DNA from: Patescibacteria group bacterium
Lineage (GTDB): Bacteria > Patescibacteriota > Minisyncoccia > Phycocordibacterales > UBA9973
Length of the DNA: 64,000 bases
Direction: 5' to 3'
Assembly (NCBI GenBank): GCA_038061755.1
Contig: JBBTYN010000002.1
Coordinates: 79,312 to 143,311 of the forward strand
How positions within the stretch are numbered: position 1 is the first letter of the stretch; the number at the start of each line of letters is the position of its first letter. The notes below the pieces were generated by a model. It was not told where the DNA came from, ran no database searches, and saw only the letters and a program-made list of their open reading frames with translations. Positions 48,115 through 57,353 of the stretch are shown in pieces. The position numbers and the translations under genes are program-made.

Positions 48115-49287
48115 ATGAAGATTATTACCGATGAGAAGAAAATAGACGATATCTTAAACATCGGAACAGAAGATGTTTTTGTAAAAGAAAATTTAAAAAA
48201 GAAATTACTCTCTGGCAAAGTTCTTCGTGTTAAGTTTGGTATTGATCCTACTGGTCCTAAAATACACTTAGGAAGAGCGATACCGCTTCGAAAATTGCGC
48301 CAATTCCAAGACTTAGGGCATAAGGTTGTTTTAATTGTTGGTGATTTTACTGCAACTATTGGTGATCCATCAGACAAACTAGAAAAACGCCCGATGCTTA
48401 CAACTAAAGATATAAAGAAAAATATGAAAGATTACAAGAACCAAATTAGTAAGTTAATTGATTTAAAAAAAGCAGAATTTGTTTATAATAGTAAATGGCT
48501 GGAAAAATTGAATGCCAGAAAAATTTCTGAATTAGCTGAGAGTTTTTCTGTTCAACAAATGTCTAATAGGAGAAATTTTAAAGATAGAATAGAAAAAGAA
48601 GAAGAAGTGTCTCTGCGAGAGTTTCTATATCCTCTTTTTCAGGGATATGATAGCGTGGCAGTAAAAGCAGATGTTGAGATAGGAGGTTTCGACCAATTAT
48701 TTAACTTAAAAGCAGGTAGAATCATTCAGAAACATTATAAAATGCCTGAGCAGGAAGTTTTAACAGTGCAGATGCTTGAGGGAACAGATGGTAGAAAAAT
48801 GTCTACTTCTTGGGGAAATGTGATTACTATTGTAGATGAGCCTAATGATATGTTTGGTAAGATTATGTCTATTAAAGATGAATTAATTACAAAATATTTT
48901 TTACTTTGTACTAATGTTAAAGAAGAAATTTTTAAAGCAGAAAATCCAAAGGACGCTAAAATGCGTCTAGCGCATGAAATTGTGAGAATTTATCATGGTG
49001 ATAAAAAAGCCAAAGAAGCTGAGGAGAATTTCATAAATACTTTTTCAAAAAAAGAAATTCCAGAAGAGATGACAGAAATAAAAGGGAATTTAGGAGAATT
49101 ATTAAGTGAGGTTTTAGTGAAAAATAAAATTTTAACTTCAAAGGGAGAATGGAGACGACTTGTAGAGGGAAACGCAATCCACGATTTAGATAAACATAAG
49201 AACATAATAGATCAAAATATAAAAATCTTAGAAAACTTAACACTTAAAATTGGGAAGAAAAGATTTGTTAAAATAATCATAAAATAA
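48115..49287 (+). CDS. tyrS: Tyrosyl-tRNA synthetase (class I, short form)
   Basis: HLGR (HIGH-like) motif in GPKIHLGRAIP, GGFDQ, KMSTS (KMSKS) and a C-terminal S4-like region. The start is taken at MKIITDEKK, which places it divergent from the PBP gene. Confidence 0.75.
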   Translation: MKIITDEKKIDDILNIGTEDVFVKENLKKKLLSGKVLRVKFGIDPTGPKIHLGRAIPLRKLRQFQDLGHKVVLIVGDFTATIGDPSDKLEKRPMLTTKDIKKNMKDYKNQISKLIDLKKAEFVYNSKWLEKLNARKISELAESFSVQQMSNRRNFKDRIEKEEEVSLREFLYPLFQGYDSVAVKADVEIGGFDQLFNLKAGRIIQKHYKMPEQEVLTVQMLEGTDGRKMSTSWGNVITIVDEPNDMFGKIMSIKDELITKYFLLCTNVKEEIFKAENPKDAKMRLAHEIVRIYHGDKKAKEAEENFINTFSKKEIPEEMTEIKGNLGELLSEVLVKNKILTSKGEWRRLVEGNAIHDLDKHKNIIDQNIKILENLTLKIGKKRFVKIIIK

Positions 49288-49320
49288 AAACACACAGGGT
49301 TCCCTTGTGTGTTTTTATTT
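49288..49320 (+). terminator. Rho-independent terminator after tyrS
   Basis: aaacacacagggttcccttgtgtgtttttatttt. Confidence 0.6.
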
Positions 49321-49520
49321 TAGCTGTCCCTGTCTGGGTCTTCTTCGTCTAAATTAAAGTCATTTATCTCATCTAGCATATCTAACGGTTCATCTTCATC
49401 AACTCCCATTTTAAAACTATCTTTTGTTTCTTCATCTTCATCGTACATAAAAATTTATTTTTTTATTAAATAAACTACTAATGCCTACTTTGTATCAAAA
49501 TATAAAAAACTTGGCAATAG

Positions 49521-49575
49521 CAAGTGTGGATAACCCCCACACCTTTCGACAATACAAAGAAAGGTGTGGGAAATA
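49521..49575. repeat. GC-rich palindromic element (copy 3 of the CCCCCACACCTTT family) with a perfect DnaA-box 9-mer
   Basis: gtgtggataacccccacacctttcgacaatacaaagaaaggtgtgggaaataag shares a 23-bp 5' arm with copy 2. Confidence 0.6.
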
Positions 49576-49578
49576 AGT

Positions 49579-50076
49579 CTAAAATCTCATATGCGCAAAG
49601 GCTGTCAGGGCTATAGCGATAGCGTCTAATTCATCATCGGATTTTTTAGAATTATCTATATCCACTAAAATTTTCACCATTTTTATAATTTGTTCTTTGT
49701 TAGCTTTTCCATAGCCAGTGGTGGCTATTTTAATTTGAGGAGGAGAAGCTTCAAATATCTTCAGTTCTGCGCATGAGGCTTCATAGATCACTACTCCGCG
49801 CACTTCAGCCACATTCATTACTGTTTTGTGATTAGTATTTAAAAATAAAGTTTCAATAGCTAAAATTTCTGGCTTATATTTTTTTATTATTTTTTTAACC
49901 TTTTCACCAATTAATTTTAATCTTTCACTAAATTCTAATTTAGTAGAAGTTTTAAAACATTCAGAAAAAATTACTTTTTCCTTCCTCGACACACCATAGC
50001 CTTTAGTGAAGGCGGTTCTCTCCAATATTGCAATTCCTAACCGCTCATATCCCGGATCTATTCCTAAAATTCGCAT
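49579..50076 (-). CDS. ruvC: Holliday junction resolvase RuvC
   Basis: MRILGIDPGYERLGIAIL...ILAIETLFLNTNHKTVMNVAEVRGVV...DELDAIAIAL. Confidence 0.9.
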   Translation of the reverse strand: MRILGIDPGYERLGIAILERTAFTKGYGVSRKEKVIFSECFKTSTKLEFSERLKLIGEKVKKIIKKYKPEILAIETLFLNTNHKTVMNVAEVRGVVIYEASCAELKIFEASPPQIKIATTGYGKANKEQIIKMVKILVDIDNSKKSDDELDAIAIALTAFAHMRF

Positions 50077-50104
50077 GATTAAAGTTTAGCATAATAAAAA
50101 TTTT

Positions 50105-50641
50105 TTATTCGGTGTTTGTGTAGACATCTTGAACGTCATCATTTTCCTCAAGTTCTTCCACCAGTTTATCCAACAATTCCAAATCTGTATCTGAAACAGG
50201 TACAAGCATATTTGGTTTCCAAATTATTCCCTCTGGAGTTTTTTCTTTTTGAAATCCCCACGTTACTGAGCCGATGCCACCCAACGCAAAACCATTTTTA
50301 GTAAGAATGTGTTTTATATCTTGCGCCGTTCTGTTTTTACTATCTGTAAGAGTTTCAATAATAATACCTATTCCTCCTGGACCATGTGTTTCGTAAGTGA
50401 TTGCATCCATGTGTGAAGACGGTTCGCTTCCTTTTTTTACAGCTCTTTCTATGACATCTCTTGGCATATTTACTTTTTTTGCTTTTTCAATAGCTGCACG
50501 AAGCCCAGGAGATTCTTTTCCTCCCGAGAGTTTTGCTTCTACGGAAATAAAACGTGCTAGTTTTGAAAAGATTTTGCTTTTCTTAGCATCAGAGATATCC
50601 TTTTTATGTTTAATTTGTGACCACTTATTGTGTCCTGACAT
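50105..50641 (-). CDS. yebC: YebC/PmpR-family transcriptional regulator (shortened, 178 aa)
   Basis: MSGHNKWSQIKHKK...FSKLARFISVEAKLSGG...LRAAIEKAK..NMPRD...YETHGPGGIGIIIE...DDVQDVYTN. About 70 residues of the middle domain are missing relative to canonical YebC. Confidence 0.8.
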   Translation of the reverse strand: MSGHNKWSQIKHKKDISDAKKSKIFSKLARFISVEAKLSGGKESPGLRAAIEKAKKVNMPRDVIERAVKKGSEPSSHMDAITYETHGPGGIGIIIETLTDSKNRTAQDIKHILTKNGFALGGIGSVTWGFQKEKTPEGIIWKPNMLVPVSDTDLELLDKLVEELEENDDVQDVYTNTE

Positions 50642-50649
50642 AAATTTAT

Positions 50650-51660
50650 TTATATTAATTTATCTTGTTTGCCTTTATAGTTAAAATCCAAATGCTCATA
50701 GGCTTTTTTTGTAGCTATTCTTCCACGAGCGGTTCGTTCTAGCAAGCCTAATTGAATTAAATATGGTTCTATCACTTCTTCTATGGTCGCTTCTTCTTCA
50801 GACATTGCCGCGCCGATAGTTTTTAAACCAACTGGTCCACCATTAAATTTTTCAATTAATATTTCTAAAAATTTTCTATCAGAAGAATTTAAGCCTATGT
50901 CATCAATGGCGAGCATATTGAGTGCCTCCTTGATTGTTTTTTGATCTAAATCTTTTTTATTTACCTGAGCAAAATCTCTACAGCGTTTCAAGAAATAATT
51001 TGCTGTACGGGGAGTGAACCTACTTCTCTTGGCGATTTCTTTTAAAGCATCTTCAGCTAAAGTTATTTTTAAAAGATTACTGGATCTTTTTACTATTTCT
51101 CCTATTTCTTCATTTGAATAAAATTCTAAGCGAAAAACTCCACCAGAGAAACGAGAACGAAGTGGAGAGGAGACCATGGCGACTCGAGTAGTAGCAGCAA
51201 TTAAAGTAAAAGGTGGTAGGTCCAGTTGAATAGTACGCGCTGAAGGACCTTTTCCGATGATAATATCTAAAACTCCAGATTCCATAGCGGGGTAGAGTAT
51301 TTCTTCAACCATTTTATTAAGCCGATGAATTTCATCTATAAAAAGAATATCGCCGGCCGCTAAATTTGTCAGAACAGAAGCTAGATCACCAACTTTTTCA
51401 ATTGCTGGTCCGGAAGTTATTTTTATTTGCCTGCTTGTTTCTTTAGCAATCAAATGCGCTAATGTGGTTTTTCCCAACCCGGGTGGTCCATAAAAAAGAA
51501 TGTGTTCAGGTATGTGCCCGCGTTCTTTGGCTGCCTGTAATAATATTTTAATGTTGTCTTTTATATGTTTTTGGCCAATATATTCTTTCCACTTGGTAGG
51601 ACGGAGAGTTTGGTCTAAAAAAGAGTCATCAGCTATTTCTTTTTTTTTGTCTTTATTCAT
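50650..51660 (-). CDS. ruvB: Holliday junction branch-migration helicase RuvB
   Basis: LRPTKWKEYIGQ..., Walker A GPPGLGKTTLA, Walker B ILFIDEIHRL and sensor/arginine-finger regions. Confidence 0.9.
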   Translation of the reverse strand: MNKDKKKEIADDSFLDQTLRPTKWKEYIGQKHIKDNIKILLQAAKERGHIPEHILFYGPPGLGKTTLAHLIAKETSRQIKITSGPAIEKVGDLASVLTNLAAGDILFIDEIHRLNKMVEEILYPAMESGVLDIIIGKGPSARTIQLDLPPFTLIAATTRVAMVSSPLRSRFSGGVFRLEFYSNEEIGEIVKRSSNLLKITLAEDALKEIAKRSRFTPRTANYFLKRCRDFAQVNKKDLDQKTIKEALNMLAIDDIGLNSSDRKFLEILIEKFNGGPVGLKTIGAAMSEEEATIEEVIEPYLIQLGLLERTARGRIATKKAYEHLDFNYKGKQDKLI

Positions 51661-51757
51661 ATGGGTTTTTTGCGCCTAGCCCATAGTAAGATTTTCTAAA
51701 TCTCTACTACTGGGTTGACATTGATTTTATTATATGCTATATTGTAAGTGTAGTACA

Positions 51758-51850
51758 TTTATCAACAGGGTATCAACATAGCTATCAACATTATAGCATT
51801 TGCTTGCTTAAGCATGTAGTATAATGTTGTTTAGAAGTTTTTTGTTGATA
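51758..51850. promoter_or_regulatory. Phased DnaA-box-like iterons (TATCAACA x3 direct at about 11-12 bp spacing, plus one inverted copy)
   Basis: tttATCAACAgggTATCAACAtagcTATCAACAtta and the inverted tTGTTGATAt at 51843-51850. The same variant abuts the perfect DnaA box upstream of dnaA. Confidence 0.4.
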
Positions 51851-51860
51851 TTTAAATAAG

Positions 51861-52009
51861 GCATTAATCTCTAAGCAATCAGCCACCGGTTATATGAATT
51901 TGCATAGGACGTTTTGGTACTTTTATTAGTTTCTGGAACCATCCTATAATATTTTATTACTTTCGGAGCTCAGCCCTGAAAGGATTGTTTAGAGATTAAT
52001 GCTTTTTTT
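51861..52009 (+). ncRNA. Candidate structured RNA or MITE: a 20-bp closing helix around a 102-nt core, followed by a U-run
   Basis: gcattaatctctaagcaatc ...102 nt... gattgtttagagattaatgc ttttttt has one G-U in a 20-bp helix. It lies in a 580-bp non-coding spacer upstream of ruvB. Confidence 0.3.
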
Positions 52010-52110
52010 ATTTCTGGAAAAGTTGACGTTATTAAACAAAAAAAGTATTCTTTAAATGAATAGACTAGTTCTATATTTTTTACAAAAAAAAGAAAGGAGG
52101 TGTTTTTCAC

Positions 52111-52182
52111 ATGTGTAATGAGAAAACACCAAAGAAAAAAGAAAAAGAAAAAGGAGAAACAAAAAAAGCTAAGAGTTCGTAG
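52111..52182 (+). CDS. Candidate 23-aa lysine-rich small ORF with a strong SD, followed by a terminator
   Basis: SD aaaGGAGGTg, 9-nt spacer, then ATG: MCNEKTPKKKEKEKGETKKAKSS. The stop is embedded in the small hairpin agagttcGTAgaactct. The longer GTG-initiated track ORF 52100..52354 lacks a proper spacer. Confidence 0.25.
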   Translation: MCNEKTPKKKEKEKGETKKAKSS

Positions 52183-52200
52183 AACTCTTAGCAATCTAAA

Positions 52201-52248
52201 GCCAGCGAACACCGAAAGGAAAAATGTTCGCTGGCTTTTTTATTTTTG
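52201..52248. terminator. Rho-independent terminator (gccagcgaaca...tgttcgctggc + T-run), also at the 3' end of the minus-strand gene 52240..53040
   Basis: 11-bp GC-rich stem followed by tttttt atttttg. Confidence 0.5.
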
Positions 52249-53040
52249 TGGCAGATTTACTATCATCTTTTCCAATGCATCCCTATCATTAACTGCTACA
52301 CGAAGGAAAACTGGCAAATCATTTTTGTCTGCAAAACTTAGTTTCCGCAGATAATTCCAATCTTTAAATCCTTTTTTATTGATAGAAGTATGAGCAAGCA
52401 TAATATCAATTGCTTCATCATAAATTACAACCCACTCGATACCAACATTATTAATAGGAATTGGCGTCTTGTCTTTAGGAGAAAGTTTTTCATTAACACT
52501 GGCTATCTTAGTTACTAGGTTATCAAAAAAAGTAGACATCCACTTATGAGTTTTTCCAGCAGCTACTTTTGCTTCAGTGCTTTGCAAAACAATTAGCGAT
52601 TCAGAAGGCGCTGATAATGCAAATGCATTAATAAGCTTGCTATATTCTTTTTTAATTTCAGCTTTCATTTCTTTAGTTATTTGCAACTGCCTATCCGCAG
52701 AAGGAGCATAATTTATTGCCTTTCCCTCATTATCAATTATTCTTCCTTTAATCAGATCTTTCCACTTTGGAGCTGACTCTTTTTTAACTCCTTCTTCCTC
52801 TTTCTGTTGTTTTAAAAGCTTAGCCTTATATTCTTCGTAAGCTTCTTTATCTTTAAAATCATGTATAGTTTTAAACAAACTATCTTCATCTACAACTGGC
52901 GCTAAATGCTCTGCGGATGGTTTTTCATCAACAGCTTCTCTATGACCAAAAGGATCAATTGACATCTTTTCATGGATATCTGTATGATCATCTGCCATAG
53001 CTTTCAATATTTTTTTTTCTACTGGCGGTTCTTCTTTCAT
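52240..53040 (-). CDS. Hypothetical protein (266 aa) upstream of pilB
   Basis: Long ORF, charged N-terminal half, no recognisable family. Confidence 0.5.
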   Translation of the reverse strand: MKEEPPVEKKILKAMADDHTDIHEKMSIDPFGHREAVDEKPSAEHLAPVVDEDSLFKTIHDFKDKEAYEEYKAKLLKQQKEEEGVKKESAPKWKDLIKGRIIDNEGKAINYAPSADRQLQITKEMKAEIKKEYSKLINAFALSAPSESLIVLQSTEAKVAAGKTHKWMSTFFDNLVTKIASVNEKLSPKDKTPIPINNVGIEWVVIYDEAIDIMLAHTSINKKGFKDWNYLRKLSFADKNDLPVFLRVAVNDRDALEKMIVNLPQK

Positions 53041-53060
53041 AAGTTATATTATAGCATATT

Positions 53061-54758
53061 TTATTCTTCTTTCAAGTCTACCACGCTTTGTACTTCCTCA
53101 AACGAAGTAACACCATTTAACATTTTTACAATTCCATCTTGGCGCATAGAGAGTATCCCTTGCGCGCTAGCGACTTTTTTAATTTCACGTTCACTTGGGT
53201 TTTCGGGCATTATTTTTTCAATAGTTTCATCAGTTTTTATTGCCTCGAAAATACCTATTCGCCCTTTGTAGCCAGTCATATTGCATTTTTCACAACCTAT
53301 TATTGAAAATAATTTTATTGGCGCATCGGGATTTATATTATAGTTTGTAAGATTTTTTCCTTCATTTTTTATACTATCCATGACTAATTTTATAATTTTT
53401 AATTCTTCTTCGGTGGGAGTTTTTTCTTTTTTACAAAAAGTGCACAATTTGCGAACTAAGCGTTGAGCGATAGAAAGAGAAAGTGCTGAAACTAATATTT
53501 TTGGATTTACTCCGAGGTCAATTAGGCGAGGGATAACGCCCGCCGCGTTATTAGTGTGCAAAGTAGAGAAAACTATATGACCAGTGAGCGCTGATTGGAC
53601 TGCAGTCTCAGCGGTTTCTTTATCGCGAATTTCTCCGACCATCACGACGTCTGGATCTTGACGAAGAGCGGAACGTAAGCCTTCTGCAAAAGTATAACCT
53701 TTTTCATCATTAGTTTGGGTCTGTGTTATGCCAGTTAAATGATATTCTACTGGGTCCTCAATGGTTATTATTTTTATTTCTGGAGAATAAATTTTTCGAA
53801 GAAATGCATAAAGAGTGGTGGTTTTTCCAGAACCGGTTGGACCGGTAACTAAAATAAGGCCATTTGGTTTTGCAATTTCTTCTTGGATTATAGAAAAAAG
53901 AAAAGGTTCTATGCCTATTTCTTCAAGTTTTACTTGGATAGATTTTGGGTCTAAAATACGCATCACAATTGATTCACCATAAGCGCCAGGAATAAGAGAG
54001 GCGCGAATACTTATTTCATCTTTTCCTTCAACAATGCTAAAACGTCCATCTTGGGCTATTTTAGAAGTTAATTTCATGCCAGACAATAATTTAATACGAG
54101 AATTTAAGAGACGATACACATCTAAATCAAAGAAGTTTGTATCTTGCAATACTCCATCAAGGCGTAGTCGCAGTCTACTTCTATCTTGTTCTGGTTCAAT
54201 GTGAATATCAGAAGCCTTAATGGCGATTGCGCCAGCCAAAATTATTTCAAGTAGGTGAGAAATTTTATGAATTTTTTTCCCCTCTAACGCTTTGGTAACC
54301 ATTTTTTGAATATCTTGTATTTTTTCTATTTTTTTTGATATTTCTCTTAAAACTTCTCCAGAAATATCTATTCCTCCAACTATAGAATTTTCTGCCATTG
54401 AAAGTTCCTTATATCTTTCCCAGACTTTATTTATACTGGCCGTAGATGCCATATAAAAAGTTGGCACTAAGTTTTTTCTTTCTAAGTCGTCTTTTAATCT
54501 TTTTATAAGATCGTCAGTGGGGGAATGCAATACCACAAAAATATTTTTTCCGAAAAGTTTAAAAGGCGCTATATTTAATTCTCTGGAATCTTTTTCAGAG
54601 ATAATCCGAAGGGCTTCATTGTCTATACCTAAACGAGAAAGATCAATATAAGGAAGACCGTACTTTGATTCCGCTAAAGTGGCCACCAACTGTTCCTCTT
54701 CTTTTTTATGCAATTCATCTAATTGTTTATTTTGTTTTTCTTCATCAAATAAAGCCAT
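53061..54758 (-). CDS. pilB: Type IV pilus assembly ATPase PilB (GspE family)
   Basis: T2SSE_N-like N-terminus, Walker A LVTGPTGSGKTTTLYA, Asp/His boxes (VGEIRDKETAETAVQSALTGHIVFSTLHTNNA) and a tetracysteine Zn motif CTFC...CEKC. Confidence 0.85.
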   Translation of the reverse strand: MALFDEEKQNKQLDELHKKEEEQLVATLAESKYGLPYIDLSRLGIDNEALRIISEKDSRELNIAPFKLFGKNIFVVLHSPTDDLIKRLKDDLERKNLVPTFYMASTASINKVWERYKELSMAENSIVGGIDISGEVLREISKKIEKIQDIQKMVTKALEGKKIHKISHLLEIILAGAIAIKASDIHIEPEQDRSRLRLRLDGVLQDTNFFDLDVYRLLNSRIKLLSGMKLTSKIAQDGRFSIVEGKDEISIRASLIPGAYGESIVMRILDPKSIQVKLEEIGIEPFLFSIIQEEIAKPNGLILVTGPTGSGKTTTLYAFLRKIYSPEIKIITIEDPVEYHLTGITQTQTNDEKGYTFAEGLRSALRQDPDVVMVGEIRDKETAETAVQSALTGHIVFSTLHTNNAAGVIPRLIDLGVNPKILVSALSLSIAQRLVRKLCTFCKKEKTPTEEELKIIKLVMDSIKNEGKNLTNYNINPDAPIKLFSIIGCEKCNMTGYKGRIGIFEAIKTDETIEKIMPENPSEREIKKVASAQGILSMRQDGIVKMLNGVTSFEEVQSVVDLKEE

Positions 54759-54795
54759 TATATTAAAGTATATCCTAAGTGGTATAATTTATACA

Positions 54796-57279
54796 ATGCT
54801 AAAAGTTAAAATAAACAACAGTAAAACTCTAGTATTGCTAGATGCTCACGCCATAATACATCGTGCTTACCATGCTTTGCCAGAATTTTTGTCTTCAAAG
54901 GGTGAGCCTACAGGAGCACTATATGGACTTGCGAGCATGTTAATGAAGATAATTGCTGAGTTAAAGCCAGATTATATTGTGGCTTGTTATGATTTACCAC
55001 AAAAAACTTTTAGACATGAAGTTTATGATGGATACAAAGCAGGACGAGCGAAAACTGAGGATGCTCTAATAATACAATTAAAAAATTCCCGCCAGATTTT
55101 TGATGCTTTTGATATACCTATTTATGATGCGTCTGGCTTCGAGGCTGATGATGTTTTAGGAACAATTGTTGAGAAATATAAAAAAGATAAAAGTATAAAT
55201 ATAATTATTGCCTCTGGGGATATGGATACGATGCAATTAGTGGATGATAAAAAAGTACAAGTTTATACTTTAAAAAAAGGTATTAACGATACTATTTTGT
55301 ATGACGAAGATGCAGTTGTAAATAGATTTCATTTTAAACCTAAATTTTTGCCGGACTATAAAGGTCTGCGTGGAGACCCATCAGATAATATTATTGGCAT
55401 TAAGGGAATTGGTGAAAAAACAGCTGAAATTTTAATTTCAAAATTTGGAACAATTGAAGAAATTTACAAAAAAATTAAACAAGACGACAAGAAAGGCGAA
55501 GAAGCTTTCATAAAAGCAGGCATTAGTCCTAGAATGTTTGAGTTGCTAAAAAATAACGAGGAAGAAGCTATTTTTTCAAAAATTTTAGCGACGATAAGAA
55601 TTGATACACCAATAGATTTTGTTTTACCCGAAAAGACTTTCTGGGAAAATGTAGATTTAAAAAAAATTGAACAGGTTTTTTCAATTTTTGAATTTAGAAG
55701 TTTATTAACACGTTTAAGAAACTTTTTTGAGAATAATAGGAATAAGCAAGAGCCCCCTGATGATTATACTCGCCGTCATTCGCATTCCGTCTTGGAAGGG
55801 CAAGTTCTATCTGGTCGTAGCGAAGATTCCTCTGAGTATAATCATCAAGGAGCTCAGTTTATAGATCCACAAAAACTTCAGGAAGCCAGTATTGCTCTTT
55901 GGCTTATTAATTCTGATATACCAAATCCAAACCTGGAAGATATTTTATTTTTTACTCATGCCAATTCTTTTGAGAAAGCATATGAGCAGATTTTCAAAAC
56001 TCTTAAAGAAAAAAAATTGGAAAAAGTTTATGAAGAAATAGAAAAACCAATTATTCCTGTGGTGAAAGAGATGGAAAATTATGGAATTTTAATAGATAAA
56101 AAATATTTTGAAAAATTATCAGTTGAATATCATGCAGAATTAGATATTTTAACTAAAAAAATATATGCACAGGCTGGTGTAGAATTTAATATTAATTCAC
56201 CCAAGCAATTAGGAGAAGTGCTTTTTGGTAAAATGGGGATAAAATTATCAGGAAAAAATAAAATAAAGAAAAACGTGAGTGGTAGTTTTTCTACTAAAGT
56301 TTCAGTACTCGAAGAATTGGAAGAAGAAAATCCAATTATAAAAGAAATATTATTTTATCGAGAATTGCAAAAATTGCTTTCTACTTATATTGACGTTATC
56401 CCTAAAATGGTTGATATGAGTGGTCGTTTATATGCTAAATTTTTACAAAATGGCACAACAACAGGAAGATTTTCTTCTCAAGATCCTAATTTACAAAATT
56501 TACCAATTAAAACAGAACTTGGCAGGAGAATTCGAGGTGGTTTTGTGGCGCAAAAAGGTTACAAACTTGTTGCCTTTGATTATAGTCAGATTGAATTAAG
56601 AGTGGCGGCAATGCTTTCAGGAGATAAAAAAATGACACAAGTATTCCGTGCTCGAAAAGATATTCATGCTGGTGTTGCCTCGTTTGTTTTTGGTGTGCCA
56701 ATAGAAAAAGTAGATAGTGAAATGCGTAGAAAGGCTAAAGTAATAAATTTTGGTATTATTTATGGTATGGGAGTTTCTGCTTTACGAAAAAATCTTGGTG
56801 GGACACGTATTGAGGCGCAAAAGTTTTATGATAATTATTTTAATCAATTTTCTGGTGTGCGGGATTATTTAGAAGAAGTAAAAAAGTTCGTGTTAAAAAA
56901 TTCTTATACTGAAACTTTATTTGGCAGACGTAGAAATTTTCCAAATATAAACTCTAGAATTCCATTTTTAAAAAACATGGCTGAGCGTACTGCGACCAAT
57001 GCTCCACTTCAAGGAACAGCGGCTGATATTATTAAATTGGCAATAAGGTATGTGGAAGAAAATTTAAAAAAAGCTGATTTATTAGATAAAGTACATCTAA
57101 TACTTCAAATTCATGATGAATTAGTTTATGAAGTGGAAGAAAAGGTATTATTAAAAGCTGAGAAAATAATAAAGCAGACTATGGAAGGAGTACTGCAAAT
57201 GTCATATTTACATTATAAAACTGATATTCCACTTGAGGTGCATTCTGGTTTTGGAGATAACCTTAGGGAAGTAAAGTAA
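54796..57279 (+). CDS. polA: DNA polymerase I (5'-3' exonuclease + polymerase domains)
   Basis: 5'-nuclease motifs (LVLLDAHAIIHRAYHAL..., GIKGIGEKTA) and polymerase motifs A/B/C (DYSQIELRV, RRKAKVINFGIIYG, QIHDELVYEV). The start is taken at MLKVKINNS after the pilB start. Confidence 0.9.
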   Translation: MLKVKINNSKTLVLLDAHAIIHRAYHALPEFLSSKGEPTGALYGLASMLMKIIAELKPDYIVACYDLPQKTFRHEVYDGYKAGRAKTEDALIIQLKNSRQIFDAFDIPIYDASGFEADDVLGTIVEKYKKDKSINIIIASGDMDTMQLVDDKKVQVYTLKKGINDTILYDEDAVVNRFHFKPKFLPDYKGLRGDPSDNIIGIKGIGEKTAEILISKFGTIEEIYKKIKQDDKKGEEAFIKAGISPRMFELLKNNEEEAIFSKILATIRIDTPIDFVLPEKTFWENVDLKKIEQVFSIFEFRSLLTRLRNFFENNRNKQEPPDDYTRRHSHSVLEGQVLSGRSEDSSEYNHQGAQFIDPQKLQEASIALWLINSDIPNPNLEDILFFTHANSFEKAYEQIFKTLKEKKLEKVYEEIEKPIIPVVKEMENYGILIDKKYFEKLSVEYHAELDILTKKIYAQAGVEFNINSPKQLGEVLFGKMGIKLSGKNKIKKNVSGSFSTKVSVLEELEEENPIIKEILFYRELQKLLSTYIDVIPKMVDMSGRLYAKFLQNGTTTGRFSSQDPNLQNLPIKTELGRRIRGGFVAQKGYKLVAFDYSQIELRVAAMLSGDKKMTQVFRARKDIHAGVASFVFGVPIEKVDSEMRRKAKVINFGIIYGMGVSALRKNLGGTRIEAQKFYDNYFNQFSGVRDYLEEVKKFVLKNSYTETLFGRRRNFPNINSRIPFLKNMAERTATNAPLQGTAADIIKLAIRYVEENLKKADLLDKVHLILQIHDELVYEVEEKVLLKAEKIIKQTMEGVLQMSYLHYKTDIPLEVHSGFGDNLREVK

Positions 57280-57353
57280 CATATTTATGGCCCTAAAGGA
57301 CTGCAATTTTAACAGCTTTTGCTAAGCTAAAAAATCGGGAGTATAATAGAAAT

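Noticed and set aside
45558-48377. Long N-terminal extension of the PBP ORF (first 97 codons) overlapping tyrS.
   Set aside because: The extension precedes the membrane anchor, has no similarity to PBPs and overlaps the divergent tyrS start. The internal Met just before the TM helix is the credible start.
52100-52354. 84-aa K/R-rich ORF from the six-frame track.
   Set aside because: The GTG start is only 0-3 nt from the SD, with no spacer. The product is a poly-Lys/Arg artefact of A-rich sequence, and it runs through a strong terminator hairpin. The in-register ATG 23-aa ORF is more plausible but itself uncertain.
53520-53545. Palindrome ATAACGCCCGCCGCGTTAT inside pilB.
   Set aside because: It encodes the conserved GVIPRLIDLGV motif of GspE/PilB ATPases, so the symmetry is probably incidental to conserved coding sequence rather than an inserted element.
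55740-55860. GC-richer stretch in the polA inter-domain linker considered as another in-frame element.
   Set aside because: No clear inverted repeats and no shared core with the repeat family. Linkers are naturally variable.
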